Below, in pieces: positions 39,882-51,300 of a stretch of 64,000 bases of DNA. This stretch comes from a virus, in IMG/VR virus record IMGVR_UViG_3300012954_000007. One strand, given 5' to 3'. Each line of letters starts with the position of its first letter. Position 1 is the first letter of the stretch. The position numbers and the translations under genes were made by a program. The notes beneath the pieces are model-generated. The model searched no databases and was not told where the DNA came from. It saw nothing but the letters and a program-made list of their open reading frames with translations.

Positions 39882-42593
39882 ATGAAACCCACACAAGAAG
39901 AAATCCAACAATTTTTAGAAGGGAGTGACCCAGAAAAACACATAGTAGCGGTAGAATATGACTATCGTAGTAGTTCTATATTTAAAATCAAAGAAGACCC
40001 AATTAATGGTAAACAGATAGTTAAAGATACTTTCGTACCTTTTGCTTGGGTTGGGGATTTAAGACCATACAATTTTTATTCTAATAGTAAGGCTAGGCAA
40101 AAAGAAGCTATGAGTAAACACGGGATTCTCATAGAAAAATTAAATAATCACGACCAACCAAGATTAGTAGATGGTTTAAATTTTATAATTAAAACCACTA
40201 AAACATATCAGAATTTAGTTTCCTTTTTCAGGGAAGGTGGTGTAAACCCTTGGGGTGAAAATAGTAGGTCTTCAATCATCATACTTAGTCCCGTAGAACA
40301 ATATCTAATTCAAAAAGAAAAAAGACTGTTTAAAGGTTTTGAAGACTATAATGACATACATAGATTAGTTTTCGATATTGAAACTACCGCACTTAGACCT
40401 ACAGACGGTATGATATTTTTAGTAGGTATATTAGATAATAGAGGAAATAGTGAAATATTTTATGCTCACGATGATGAAAGTGAAAGACAATTAATTATTA
40501 ATTTTTTTGAAACTCTTAACAGAGTTAGACCTACGATAATAGGTGGTTATAACTCTGCGTCCTTCGACTGGGAATGGATGTTTAAAAGAGCAGAAATATT
40601 AGGATTAAACATAAATGAAATTTCACACACACTACATCCAAATATTAATATTAGAAGAAAAGAATCTATACTTAAGTTAGGTGCAGAAATAGAAGATTAT
40701 ATGTCTACAAATATGTGGGGTTATAATGTTATTGATATTGCACACGCAGTGAGAAGAGCACAAACAATTAATTCTGACATTAAGTCTTGGGGACTTAAAT
40801 ATATCACACAATTTATTGGAGCTAATAAGGGTAGTCGAGTTTATGTTCCAGGAGATAAAATATCTTCAATATATGAAGAAAATAAAGATTATTATTTTAA
40901 CCCTAGAACAGGTAAATATAAATTAAAAGATACCGAAGGGTTAGAAAACTTACTTCAAAGACACCCAAATGTTTATGAAGAAGTAAACGGACAACACATT
41001 ATAAAAAAATATTTAGAAGGTGATATAGAAGAAACACTAACTGTAGATGAAGAATTCAATCAAGCGTCATTCCTTCTTGCCTCTATGGTACCCACAACCT
41101 ATGAAAGAGTTTCTACAATGGGAACAGCTACTCTTTGGAAAATGTTGATGTTAGCTTGGTCTTATAAACATGGTTTAGCTATACCTAAAAAAGATGAAAA
41201 AAGACCTTTTGTCGGTGGGTTATCAAGACTACTTAAAACAGGTTACTCTACTAATGTTCTTAAATTAGACTTTAGTTCCCTATACCCATCCATACAATTA
41301 GTTCATAAAGTTTTTCCAGAATGTGACGTTACAGGAGCTATGGAATCTATGTTAAAATATTTTAGAGACACTAGAATAAAATATAAAAAATTAGCTGCGG
41401 AATATTATGGGGTAGATGATAAAAAATCTTCTTCTTATGGTAGAAAACAATTACCTATCAAAATTTTTATTAACTCCATGTTTGGTTCTTTATCAGCTCC
41501 CCAAGTATTTCCATGGGGTGAAATGGATAGTGGGGAAATGGTAACTTGTACAGGAAGACAGTATTTGCGTCATATGATTAGATGGTTTATGGAAAGAGAA
41601 TACTCACCTTTAGTACTAGATACGGATGGTGTAAACTTTTCATCACCAGCAGGAGTAGAGGAACGTTTATATATTGGTAAGGGACATAATGAGTTAGTTG
41701 TGGAAGGTAAAGAGTATAGAGGTGCTGACGCTGATGTAGCTGAATACAATGATTTATACATGAGAGATGAAATGGGATTAGATACTGATGGAACTTGGCC
41801 ATCATGTATAAATGTAGCTAGAAAAAATTACGCACTTTTGACGGATAAGGGAAAGGTTAAATTAACTGGAAACTCTATTAAATCAAAAACATTACAAGGG
41901 TTTTTGGTGGAATTTATAGATGAGGGTCTACAAATGCTTTTAAAAGGTGATGGTAAATCTTTTATAGAACACTATTATTCTTATGTGGAAAAAATTTATA
42001 ATAAACAAATTCCCTTATCTAAAATAGCAAATAAATCTAGAGTCAAACTAACTGTGGCAGAATACAAAGAAAGAGCTAAAAAAGTCACTAAAGCTGGAAA
42101 TCCGATGTCGAAAATGGCACATATGGAATTAGTTTTAAAAGAAAATCTTAGAGTTAATTTAGGTGATACCATTTATTATGTGAATAACGGAACCGCTATG
42201 TCTCACGGTGATGTACAAAATAAAAAGTTAAAAGATGGGACTAAAGAAACTATTTTAAGGTGTTATAGAATCCCTGAAAAAGATATAGAGGAAAAACCAG
42301 ATATGTGTGGAGAATATAACGTAGCTAGATATATGAATACATTTAATAAAAGGGTAGAACCACTTTTAGTTGTTTTTAAACAAGAAGTTAGAGACACTTT
42401 AATCGTATCAAAACCAGAAGACAGACAATTTTTTACAACTAAACAATGTGAATTAATAAACGGTTTAGCTAGGAAAGAAGGTGACCAAGATGATTTAAAA
42501 GAAGTTCTTTCTATTTCGGACGAAGAGGAAGTTTTCTGGAATAAAGTAAAACAGGACCCAGAAAAATTTTTAGAACCTTTAGGAATTTTTTAA
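39882..42593 (+). CDS. DNA polymerase family B
   Basis: Exonuclease FDIET and GYNSASFD; polymerase DFSSLYPS, KIFINSMFG, DTDG, KNYA; ATG 39882 preferred over GTG 39846. Confidence 0.96.
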   Translation: MKPTQEEIQQFLEGSDPEKHIVAVEYDYRSSSIFKIKEDPINGKQIVKDTFVPFAWVGDLRPYNFYSNSKARQKEAMSKHGILIEKLNNHDQPRLVDGLNFIIKTTKTYQNLVSFFREGGVNPWGENSRSSIIILSPVEQYLIQKEKRLFKGFEDYNDIHRLVFDIETTALRPTDGMIFLVGILDNRGNSEIFYAHDDESERQLIINFFETLNRVRPTIIGGYNSASFDWEWMFKRAEILGLNINEISHTLHPNINIRRKESILKLGAEIEDYMSTNMWGYNVIDIAHAVRRAQTINSDIKSWGLKYITQFIGANKGSRVYVPGDKISSIYEENKDYYFNPRTGKYKLKDTEGLENLLQRHPNVYEEVNGQHIIKKYLEGDIEETLTVDEEFNQASFLLASMVPTTYERVSTMGTATLWKMLMLAWSYKHGLAIPKKDEKRPFVGGLSRLLKTGYSTNVLKLDFSSLYPSIQLVHKVFPECDVTGAMESMLKYFRDTRIKYKKLAAEYYGVDDKKSSSYGRKQLPIKIFINSMFGSLSAPQVFPWGEMDSGEMVTCTGRQYLRHMIRWFMEREYSPLVLDTDGVNFSSPAGVEERLYIGKGHNELVVEGKEYRGADADVAEYNDLYMRDEMGLDTDGTWPSCINVARKNYALLTDKGKVKLTGNSIKSKTLQGFLVEFIDEGLQMLLKGDGKSFIEHYYSYVEKIYNKQIPLSKIANKSRVKLTVAEYKERAKKVTKAGNPMSKMAHMELVLKENLRVNLGDTIYYVNNGTAMSHGDVQNKKLKDGTKETILRCYRIPEKDIEEKPDMCGEYNVARYMNTFNKRVEPLLVVFKQEVRDTLIVSKPEDRQFFTTKQCELINGLARKEGDQDDLKEVLSISDEEEVFWNKVKQDPEKFLEPLGIF

Positions 42594-43451
42594 ACCATCA
42601 GAAGAAAGTATAAACCAGTTAGTGTTGTCCGATAACACTTCAATACTACTTTGTGGGCCCATATTAATTTCTTCCCACTCACCGTCTATTTTACCAGATT
42701 GTGTTTTGACTGTTATGTTAGCCATAGATTTAATATAAAAACGGTTAAGATTAGTATCGTTAAGTGTGATAGTTAAATCTTCTGTGGCTATAATATATCT
42801 TGTATTAAGGGTAATATAGTCTGTATTTATACTTACAGGTATATCCTCCGTATTCTCAACTGATTTTTCAACCACAGGGATTTTACCTTGTTTTAATACA
42901 CCAATTAATGCTATAGTAAGTAATTTATAATTTATACCGTCAGGTTCACCATTTTCATCATAAATTACAAAATCTTTAAGACCTACAGAATCTACTTCTT
43001 CAGCAATTAATCCTACCGAAGATTTTCCATTATTTATCCATTTAAATTTTACTGGTGTTAATTCTAAAATAGAATTTAATTCAGTAAGATTTATTGGTTT
43101 TATGTCTTTTTTATATTTTAAAGATGAAGCTACTCTAAATACTTCGTTAGTAGAAACATCTATTTCTAAGTCTGCTCCAGTACCTGTTGGGATTAGGTCT
43201 GAATTAATTTGTATAGCAGATTTACCAAACGTTAAATCTGGGTCTAACCCCATAGAAAAAACAGCGGTGTTAGCCGATGTTGAGGTAAAATTAAAGTTAT
43301 AGGTAGACGATGTTCCAGATTTATTAATTAAAACATTTTGTTGTAATCTACTACTACCCGACATTTCTGCGGTTGTATCACAATTTTGATAGACTTGTCT
43401 AGAAAAATCTACTTTAGTCCTAAGACCATATCCTGGATAATCGTACCCCAT
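42579..43451 (-). CDS. Short fibre/structural protein with peptidase S74-like chaperone domain
   Basis: SSLKYKKDI...LTPVKFKW...VGLIAEEV...GINYKLL. Confidence 0.75.
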   Translation of the reverse strand: MGYDYPGYGLRTKVDFSRQVYQNCDTTAEMSGSSRLQQNVLINKSGTSSTYNFNFTSTSANTAVFSMGLDPDLTFGKSAIQINSDLIPTGTGADLEIDVSTNEVFRVASSLKYKKDIKPINLTELNSILELTPVKFKWINNGKSSVGLIAEEVDSVGLKDFVIYDENGEPDGINYKLLTIALIGVLKQGKIPVVEKSVENTEDIPVSINTDYITLNTRYIIATEDLTITLNDTNLNRFYIKSMANITVKTQSGKIDGEWEEINMGPQSSIEVLSDNTNWFILSSDGLKNS

Positions 43452-43452
43452 A

Positions 43453-44574
43453 TTATATTACATTATAGGGGTCTTGGAACGGCCTATACCCCAGAGCTTT
43501 ATTAAGATTTTCAGCTACTAGAGCTTTTCTTTCCATTAGTTTATCTTCCCTTAATCTTTCTAATCTACCCATTAACTCTTCTGTTAATTTTGTTTTTTCA
43601 TCTTGTGATTCACTAAACAGGGATGAATAGTCCATTGTAAGTTCACTATCAGGAACTTTTAACGCTCCACTAAATTTACCTCTTACTCTACCTAATGTTT
43701 CTTTTGCTAGAGCTGTAAAATATCTCCTAACCCAAGCTCTCGCTGGTGAGTTTAAATCAATCCATTCTATATCATTTATAGGTGCGTCCGAAGGAACTCT
43801 AATAATATCTTTATTTTCAGCTAAACAATCGTTTACATTATCAGGATTAACATCGTAATACCAATACCAAACTCTACCACCTTTCATTTCAGCATTACCA
43901 AAATCAAAATTACCACCAGGTACATTATATAAATGTAGATATCTAGTACCTTCAGGTCCAGCGGTAACACGATAAGTTAAATCAGAACCAATAAGTCTAT
44001 TTTTAATATTCCTGTCTTGCATTCTTAAAAGAATATCATAAGCTGGCATCATGTAATAAGAACCAACAATACCCATTTGTGCAAAACCACCAGCTCCACC
44101 CATACCGATACCACCAAAACCACCAAAACCACCCAAAAATGGGTCAACTAACATTTCATTTAGTTCTGGTCTATTAAACCACATTATTTCATTTATTTCT
44201 CTACCCGCGGGTATTTGATATATTTGTTGGTTGGGTACCAGTTCTACGTAATCCTTTTTTAGTATCCATGGACCCATAGTCTGTAATCCTACAATTTTAG
44301 AGTAAGCATAAGTAAAAGAACTTTCCCAGTCTAAACTTCTAGTTGTGTAAGCTCTAGCTAAATCCGCTTCGTCCACATTAATACCATCTAAAGAAGCCCA
44401 TTGATTTTCAATTAACCAATCATTTACATACATAGCATAATCTTGTATCGCTATTTCTAATAACGAGTCTAACATGTCGTCTTCTAATTCAACGCCTACT
44501 ATGGGTGCACCTAATTGGTGTTTTAGTTGAGTGTAAAGTCTTTGTTTATCTGTTACTGAAATATTAGTTGGCAT
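43453..44574 (-). CDS. Neck/head-tail adaptor protein (gp13-like)
   Basis: Motifs LGAPIVGVEL and WVRRYFTALAKETLGRVRGKF; TATTTAT at 44588-44594 (minus). Confidence 0.75.
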   Translation of the reverse strand: MPTNISVTDKQRLYTQLKHQLGAPIVGVELEDDMLDSLLEIAIQDYAMYVNDWLIENQWASLDGINVDEADLARAYTTRSLDWESSFTYAYSKIVGLQTMGPWILKKDYVELVPNQQIYQIPAGREINEIMWFNRPELNEMLVDPFLGGFGGFGGIGMGGAGGFAQMGIVGSYYMMPAYDILLRMQDRNIKNRLIGSDLTYRVTAGPEGTRYLHLYNVPGGNFDFGNAEMKGGRVWYWYYDVNPDNVNDCLAENKDIIRVPSDAPINDIEWIDLNSPARAWVRRYFTALAKETLGRVRGKFSGALKVPDSELTMDYSSLFSESQDEKTKLTEELMGRLERLREDKLMERKALVAENLNKALGYRPFQDPYNVI

Positions 44575-44612
44575 ATTCTTTTTTTATATAAATATTACCA
44601 ATTCTATTAGTT

Positions 44613-46373
44613 TCAAATATTATGTAACTCATTGAATAATTCTGTCATAATATCTGTCTCTGGATGAGAGGATATGTCACCCATCACCGTATCTATTACA
44701 TTTTTCTTTTTTTGAAGTATGTTATAAATTATTCTTTCAATGGTGTTATCAAAGGTAGGATAAAAACAAGAAACGTTTTTTTTCTGTCCTATTCTAAAAG
44801 CTCTATCTTCAGCTTGTGAATGGTCCGAAGGAACAAAACTTAAGTCGTTCATTATTACTGCTTCAGCAGCGGTCAACGTAATTCCAACACCACCAGCTTT
44901 TAAATTAGAAATAAAAATTTTAACTTCTGGATTGTTTTGAAATTCGTCTACAGATTTTTGTCTTTCTTCTTTAGACATTTGGCCATTTAAAATTACAGAA
45001 TTTTTAGGGTAATGGGAGTGTAATTCCATGAGTGGAGCCGTAAAATTTGTAAAAACTATTACTTTTTTGTCTTGTTCTAATATATCATTAATTATTTGTC
45101 TAGTGTGAGTAATTTTAGCAGAGGCAATAATCTGCCTTACCTTTGTTAATTTCGCTAAATGTATAGTTATACTTTCATTTTGATTTTCATCTGACCAAGA
45201 TAAATACTCACCCATTTCTTTTTCATATTCAGAAGATATTAACTCCAGATAAACGGGTGTAATAATTTTATCTGGTAAATCTAAAACGTCTTCTTTTAGT
45301 CTTCTAGTTATTTTATCTTGTGTACGGTCTCGTAACTCTTCTAGGTTAGAAGCTCCATTAACATTCCAGATTTTCATACCGTTCGGGGCTCTGAATTGTC
45401 TACCCTCGCAGTACCTACTAACATAAGTAATCCAATTGTTAGCCACCCTACTATTAACTAATTTTAATAAATTATAATAATTAATTGGTCTGGATGTCAT
45501 CGGTGTACCAGTTAGTAACCAAACTTTCCCTAACTTATTAGATATTTGATTTATTATTTTAGTTCTTTGTGCCTTAGAGTTAGATATGTAGTGAGCCTCG
45601 TCTATTATTATTCTTTCTATACCCGAATTTAACAAGGTTCTAATACTGTCATCTTTAAATGAGTGAAAGTTTTTTAAAATGTCATAATTTACTATAATAA
45701 ACTTCCCTTCTTTCCATTTCTTACCTTCAATAATTACAACTTCTTCATCGGTATAATTTTCTATTTCTCTTTTCCAGTTAATTTTTAATGAAGCGGGACA
45801 TACGACTAGGGTACGATTACTATTTTCTATTATACTAGCTAAAACAGCGGAAGTAGTTTTACCTAAACCCATATCATCCGCTAAAATATACATATCGTTT
45901 TTTAAAAGTGATTCTATAGCGGGTATTTGATGTTCCATTGGGGGTCTATGTGAAAAAGGTGTGTAGTCCACTTCTATTTTTTTATTACTGGAGGGGACCA
46001 CTTGAGACTTGGGTACCCAAAACGCATAAAGATTTTCTGAATCTATTACTTTACCCCATATGTGATATGATTTATCACCTTCCACTAATATTTTTTCTAC
46101 CCATATGTCTTTAGGTGCCTTTGGTAATAATTTCTTTTCTTGTAATTGTTCTGATAGATATGGGTCTATATTAACTCTTTTTCTAGCTATTTTAGGTATT
46201 ATGTTGTAGTTACTTAACACATAATCAGCTTGTTTTCTAGTTAGATTAAAATACTTACTTTTAATTTTTTCTTTTAAATCTAATATAAAATTATTTGCTC
46301 CACTATAAGTAGAGAGTTTAGTACGTGCTTCAACTTCAGGTATTTTTATTTCCACAATATGATAATTATCCAA
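44613..46373 (-). CDS. SNF2-family helicase/ATPase
   Basis: Motifs LADDMGLGKT, DEAH, LTGTP, GVGITL, QAEDRAFRIGQ. Confidence 0.95.
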   Translation of the reverse strand: MDNYHIVEIKIPEVEARTKLSTYSGANNFILDLKEKIKSKYFNLTRKQADYVLSNYNIIPKIARKRVNIDPYLSEQLQEKKLLPKAPKDIWVEKILVEGDKSYHIWGKVIDSENLYAFWVPKSQVVPSSNKKIEVDYTPFSHRPPMEHQIPAIESLLKNDMYILADDMGLGKTTSAVLASIIENSNRTLVVCPASLKINWKREIENYTDEEVVIIEGKKWKEGKFIIVNYDILKNFHSFKDDSIRTLLNSGIERIIIDEAHYISNSKAQRTKIINQISNKLGKVWLLTGTPMTSRPINYYNLLKLVNSRVANNWITYVSRYCEGRQFRAPNGMKIWNVNGASNLEELRDRTQDKITRRLKEDVLDLPDKIITPVYLELISSEYEKEMGEYLSWSDENQNESITIHLAKLTKVRQIIASAKITHTRQIINDILEQDKKVIVFTNFTAPLMELHSHYPKNSVILNGQMSKEERQKSVDEFQNNPEVKIFISNLKAGGVGITLTAAEAVIMNDLSFVPSDHSQAEDRAFRIGQKKNVSCFYPTFDNTIERIIYNILQKKKNVIDTVMGDISSHPETDIMTELFNELHNI

Positions 46374-46421
46374 CCTAAATATAAGTAAAAACTAGATATT
46401 TATAAATAAAAAACCATAGTA

Positions 46422-46937
46422 ATGAGTGAAAAAAGAGTACCTATAACCAGAGTAAACAAATTTTTTGCGGACGAAGATTTCAGACTCCAAGAGTCTATGG
46501 GTATGGAATACCTGCACGGTAATCTAAATTTTACATTAGTTTTATATAGTGTAGATAGAGATAAAAGTGTTACCGATGATGTTTATGGTGAAGCTGCTCA
46601 AGAAGAAATAAGATTTTTTCCCCCAGTAGAATTTAAAGCTCTGGTTAATATATCAGGACCGACTAATGATAGTTATGCTGGTGGTTTAATGAGATATATG
46701 GAAAGTGGTAACCTTACTATTAGTGTTTATAAAAAAGAATTAGAACAGTTGGGTATAGACATAAAATATGGTGATTACATCGGTTATCCAGAAACTGAAG
46801 ATTTTACAAGATATTTTACAGTATCTAATGATGGTAGAGTTGCGGGTGATAATGCTCATACCATACTGGGGTATAAATCTTTTTACAGAACAATAACTTG
46901 TGTACCAACTAGTGAAAACGAATTTAAAGGAATTTAA
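46422..46937 (+). CDS. Head closure/neck protein (gp14-like)
   Basis: DDVYGEA..RFFPPVE motif; synteny; TATTTAT at 46397-46403. Confidence 0.6.
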   Translation: MSEKRVPITRVNKFFADEDFRLQESMGMEYLHGNLNFTLVLYSVDRDKSVTDDVYGEAAQEEIRFFPPVEFKALVNISGPTNDSYAGGLMRYMESGNLTISVYKKELEQLGIDIKYGDYIGYPETEDFTRYFTVSNDGRVAGDNAHTILGYKSFYRTITCVPTSENEFKGI

Positions 46938-46939
46938 TT

Positions 46940-48040
46940 ATGGGTAAGATTAATAAAAAAATCAAAAAAACACTTAATATGTACCCTGTGGTTAGAAATC
47001 AACCACAATACCCTTCTGGTTATGATGGTTTATCCACACCTAAAAGAAGAAAACAATTAGCAGAATTTATTAGTGAAGATGGGACTTTCTTACCTAAAAG
47101 TGTATTACATGCAGATTTAGACAGAGGAATGTTAGATTTCGTAAAAGACCGTTTAAAAATAACCGTAGACGGTAAACCCATTTCTGTAGTAGACCAAATA
47201 CTAACCATCCAAAGGTGGGCAGAGTTTTCTAATACCTGGTCTTTTTCTGATAAAGATTTAAATCCAGAAATACCATTTTTAGTTACAGTTAGAAATCCAG
47301 CGGTACAATATGGTTCTAATCCTTCGTTAATTTATACTATCCCAGATAGAAGAACTTTTCATTATGCTAAGGTACCAACTTGGGACGGACAAAGAAAAGG
47401 TATGGATTTATACAAAATACCACAACCTGTACCTGTAGATATTACATACAACCTTAAAATTGTTTGTAACAGAATGAGGGAATTAAACCAGTTTAATAAA
47501 GTAATGATGCAAACATTTACTTCTAGACAAGCGTATACGTTTGTTAAAGGCCATTACATTCCTATAATTTTAGAAACTTTAAGTGATGAAAGTCAAATTA
47601 CTGATAACGAAAAAAGAAAGTTTTACACACAAGACTACCAATTACAATTACAAGGATTTTTGATAGATGAAGAAGAATTTGAAATTACTCCCGCAGTTAC
47701 AAGAAAGTTATTAGTCTTTGAAACTGATTTAAAAACTAAGAAGAAAAAAATGGAACCCACAAAAGAAAATCCAAAAAGTATTTTTACAGAAACATTTACT
47801 CTTGATGCTGGTTCAGGTGCACTGATTATTCCTTTTGAGTTCGATGCTAATGTGGAGGTTACTGAGACCACCAATAACGATAGTTATACAGTGGGTATTG
47901 AAATTGATGGGGTCACAGATTTAGTAAGTGACGAATTTACAACTTACTACATATCTAGAGGTCAAAATCTAAGGTTCTCTCTAAACGCAATAGACGCGTC
48001 TCAACCACAAACAATTACCCTACAAACAAAATTTATTTAA
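46940..48040 (+). CDS. Tail terminator/sheath stabiliser (gp15-like)
   Basis: PQPVPVDITYNLKI..NRMRELNQ motif; immediately upstream of the sheath gene. Confidence 0.65.
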   Translation: MGKINKKIKKTLNMYPVVRNQPQYPSGYDGLSTPKRRKQLAEFISEDGTFLPKSVLHADLDRGMLDFVKDRLKITVDGKPISVVDQILTIQRWAEFSNTWSFSDKDLNPEIPFLVTVRNPAVQYGSNPSLIYTIPDRRTFHYAKVPTWDGQRKGMDLYKIPQPVPVDITYNLKIVCNRMRELNQFNKVMMQTFTSRQAYTFVKGHYIPIILETLSDESQITDNEKRKFYTQDYQLQLQGFLIDEEEFEITPAVTRKLLVFETDLKTKKKKMEPTKENPKSIFTETFTLDAGSGALIIPFEFDANVEVTETTNNDSYTVGIEIDGVTDLVSDEFTTYYISRGQNLRFSLNAIDASQPQTITLQTKFI

Positions 48041-48198
48041 TGGTCTCCATATATATCTTTTTTAGGAGAACATTTTTCTTTTATTAGTTTTTCAACAAAT
48101 TGAAACATTTTTAAACCTTTTTGTTCACAATAGTCCTTTAACAGTTTGTGAACCCCACTATCTATTTTTATGTTTTTTATCTTTTTAGAGTAAGCCAT
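48037..48198 (-). CDS. Small ribbon-helix-helix DNA-binding protein (53 aa), absent from the ORF track
   Basis: MAYSKKIKNIKIDSGVHKLLKDYCEQKGLKMFQFVEKLIKEKCSPKKDIYGDH has a strand-helix-G-helix pattern. Confidence 0.7.
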   Translation of the reverse strand: MAYSKKIKNIKIDSGVHKLLKDYCEQKGLKMFQFVEKLIKEKCSPKKDIYGDH

Positions 48199-48206
48199 AA
48201 CCATAA

Positions 48207-48235
48207 GTATGAAAAAAGTATGTTTTTTTTCATAC
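48207..48235. promoter_or_regulatory. 11-bp inverted repeat, candidate operator
   Basis: GTATGAAAAAA-gtatgtt-TTTTTTCATAC between the divergent RHH and sheath genes. Confidence 0.5.
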
Positions 48236-48285
48236 CAGAACTTGTAATAGTCAAAAATGTGGTAATCTTTTGGGATTAGAGATAA

Positions 48286-48292
48286 TATTTAT
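48286..48292 (+). promoter_or_regulatory. Representative of the recurrent late-promoter motif TATTTAT
   Basis: Same heptamer on the coding strand upstream of about 18 structural/late genes on both strands. Confidence 0.75.
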
Positions 48293-48330
48293 TAATAAAA
48301 TAAAAACAAAACACAAAAAAATTAATTAAC

Positions 48331-51300
48331 ATGGCAGCAGACGGAAAAGTTTTTGTATCCCCAGGGGTATACACGTCAGAAAAAGATTTAAGTTTCGTAG
48401 CATCAAGTGTGGGAGTAACCACATTAGGGTTAGCTGGTGAAACTCTTCAGGGTCCAGCTTTTGAACCTATTTTTATAAGTTCATACGGTGAGTTCCAAAC
48501 ATATTTTGGTAGTTTAAATCCAGAAAAGTTTACTGAAACTCAAATCCCGAAATACGAATTATCATATATTGCAAAAGCATATCTACAACAATCCAACCAA
48601 TTATTCGTAACTAGAGTATTAGGTTATTCAGGGTATGACGCAGGACCTTCTTGGTCTATAACCACTGTCGGGAATCCTGATTGTGAAACAATAAGAACAC
48701 AATGTGCGGACACGGTAGGGACATTATATAGTGCTTCGACATGTAATACTGGTACTCCTTTTGAGTCTACCACTGGTTCTACAGCACAAGTTTATACAGG
48801 AGCTCTTTCTCTGTATTTTACTGGAGCTACTGATGTGTTTAGTGATTCTAGTACATTAACAAAACCTGCTTCTCAATTACCTTGGCCTATTTCAGAAAAA
48901 ATAAATAGCACTTTGACTAAAACAGACGGTAGTAATACTACAATTTCTAATGAATTAGATAGTCTATTGTCAACTTACTATAATTCACTTCCACCTCACG
49001 ATACTGGTTTAGGATGTGCGACTGGAACAACACCTTGTTTTGCTGTTATGACTGGTGGAACAAGTCAAGAAATTGCTTTTGGTTGTAATTATGATGGTGA
49101 TGAAGTTTCTGGTAATACTTTATATAATGGAACTTTCTTAGAAAACGCTGGAAACCCTACAACTTCAGGTGTTACTTACCAAACTAAATTTAGTGGAGTA
49201 ACAGAAACACAAGTTTTAGGTTCTTCATGTAACCCTAAACCATCAGTATTCTGTAATGACATTAATGACCCATGGTTATATGGATTCTTCGATATTATTC
49301 CTGGAACCGACCAATATACAGGATTCTCTTTAAGTATTGGTGTTAACACTAACGATGTGTTAGATGTTAGTACTTCTGCTGAAACAACCTTATACTCAGG
49401 AGCTTCTGCTTTAAGATATTCTTACACATTATATACTGGAGAAACTTTCTGTAACTATAACGATTTAGTTGTAGCGACATTCCGTTCTAGAGGTGTAAGT
49501 ACACAAACATCTGGTGGACCAATTTACCAAGTTACTGGAGGAACAGACGTTACTATGGTTTGTACGGGTAATACCTTCGCAAATATAAATACAGACCCAT
49601 TTGCTACTTTTGGTATTGACGTAACCGATGTTGACGGTGATACATTTAGATTTGAAACATCACTAGCTTCGTCATCTAAAGACTTTGTAAAAAGAGTGTT
49701 CGGTGTAGCACCATTCGATAAAGACATGGAACAAGTTCCAATTTTTGTAGAGGAAGCTTACCCTAACATGTTAACATACGCATATAAGAAAGGTTATATT
49801 AAAGGGTTAAACTGTAGTTTATTAGATTTACCTTCATATAGAGACTCGAATAACACAGGGACTATAGGTTTCTATCAAGAACAATGGCAAACACCAGTTA
49901 CTCCTTATGTTGTTTCTGAATTAAGAGGTACTAAAGTATACAAACTATTTAGATTCATTTCTATATGTGATGGTAACGCTGCAAATACACAAGTTAAAAT
50001 ATCTATAGTTAACATTTCTTTCGAAAGAAACGAGTTTGATATTTTAGTTAGAAGTTTCTACGACACAGACGCTTCACCAGTAGTATTAGAAAGATATACA
50101 AGATGTAGTATGAATCCTAATTTAAACTCTTTCGTTGGAGTTAAGGTTGGTACAGCTAACGGTGAATATGAATTGAAGAGTAGATACATAATGGTAGACT
50201 TAGACCCAGAACAAGAAACTGACACTAACCGTCACGATGCTGTTCCTTGTGGATTTGAGGGTTATGTGACTAGAAATTACTTAGGAGAACAGAGTCCTAC
50301 TTTATATTATAAAACAAAATACAATAAACCTGGAGATATAATCTGGAACCCTCCTTTCGCGATAAGTTCTACTGTTGATAATTCTACAATTAGTGCGGGA
50401 GACAAAATCAGGAGAGTCTACTTAGGTATTTCAGATACTGCAGCATCAGCTTACGATGATGATTTCTTCCAGTATAAAGGAAAACAAGCACCAACAGACA
50501 AGTGTACTGATTTAGACGGTACAGATTGGAACTGTTTAACACAAGGATTCCATATGGATAGTGGAGCAACTTGTATCAACACATTAGGTGAATTATGTAT
50601 TACTACTCTTTGTAAAAATTGTGGTAGTGGAACTACTACTGAGGACCAATACTCTGTAGGTGTGGCACCGTTTAGAAGTGAACCTACAAGTGCAACTGAC
50701 CCTTACTACACTTTACAGTCTAGAAAATTCACGTTAGTACCTTATGGTGGTTTCGATGGTTGGGACATTTATAGAAAATCACGAAGTAATGGTGATAGTT
50801 ACGTTAGAGGTAAATCAGGTTTCTTAAACGGAGCTTGTACTTCAACTACATTCCCTAACGCGAGTGGTGATGGTTCATTTAAACTATTATCTAGTACTCC
50901 TTGGGGTGAGTCTGGTTTCTTCGCAACGACTGACTATTACGCTTACTACTTCGGTATTAGAACATTTAGAAACCCAGAAGCGGTTAATGTGAACGTATTA
51001 GCGACACCAGGTATTGACTACGTAAACAATAGTAACCTTGTAGAGGAGACGATTGATATGGTTGAAACTGAAAGAGCTGATTCATTGTATGTTACTACAA
51101 CACCTGACTACAACTTATTTGTACCAGGAGCAACAATAGCATCAAACATAATCCAACCTACTGAAGCGGTAGATAACTTAGACTTAACAGCAATTGATTC
51201 TAACTACACCGCTACTTACTACCCATGGGTACAGTACAACGACCAAGAAAACAATACAAGAGTATGGTTACCACCTACTTATGATGTAATGAGAAACATC

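Noticed and set aside
39882-42593. Intein or intron in DNA polymerase
   Set aside because: Continuous ORF of ordinary length with all motifs in order and no splicing or homing-endonuclease signatures
46397-46408. Canonical T4 late promoter TATAAATA on the coding strand
   Set aside because: Occurs here only as half of the palindrome TATTTATAAATA; at the other late genes the coding-strand motif is TATTTAT
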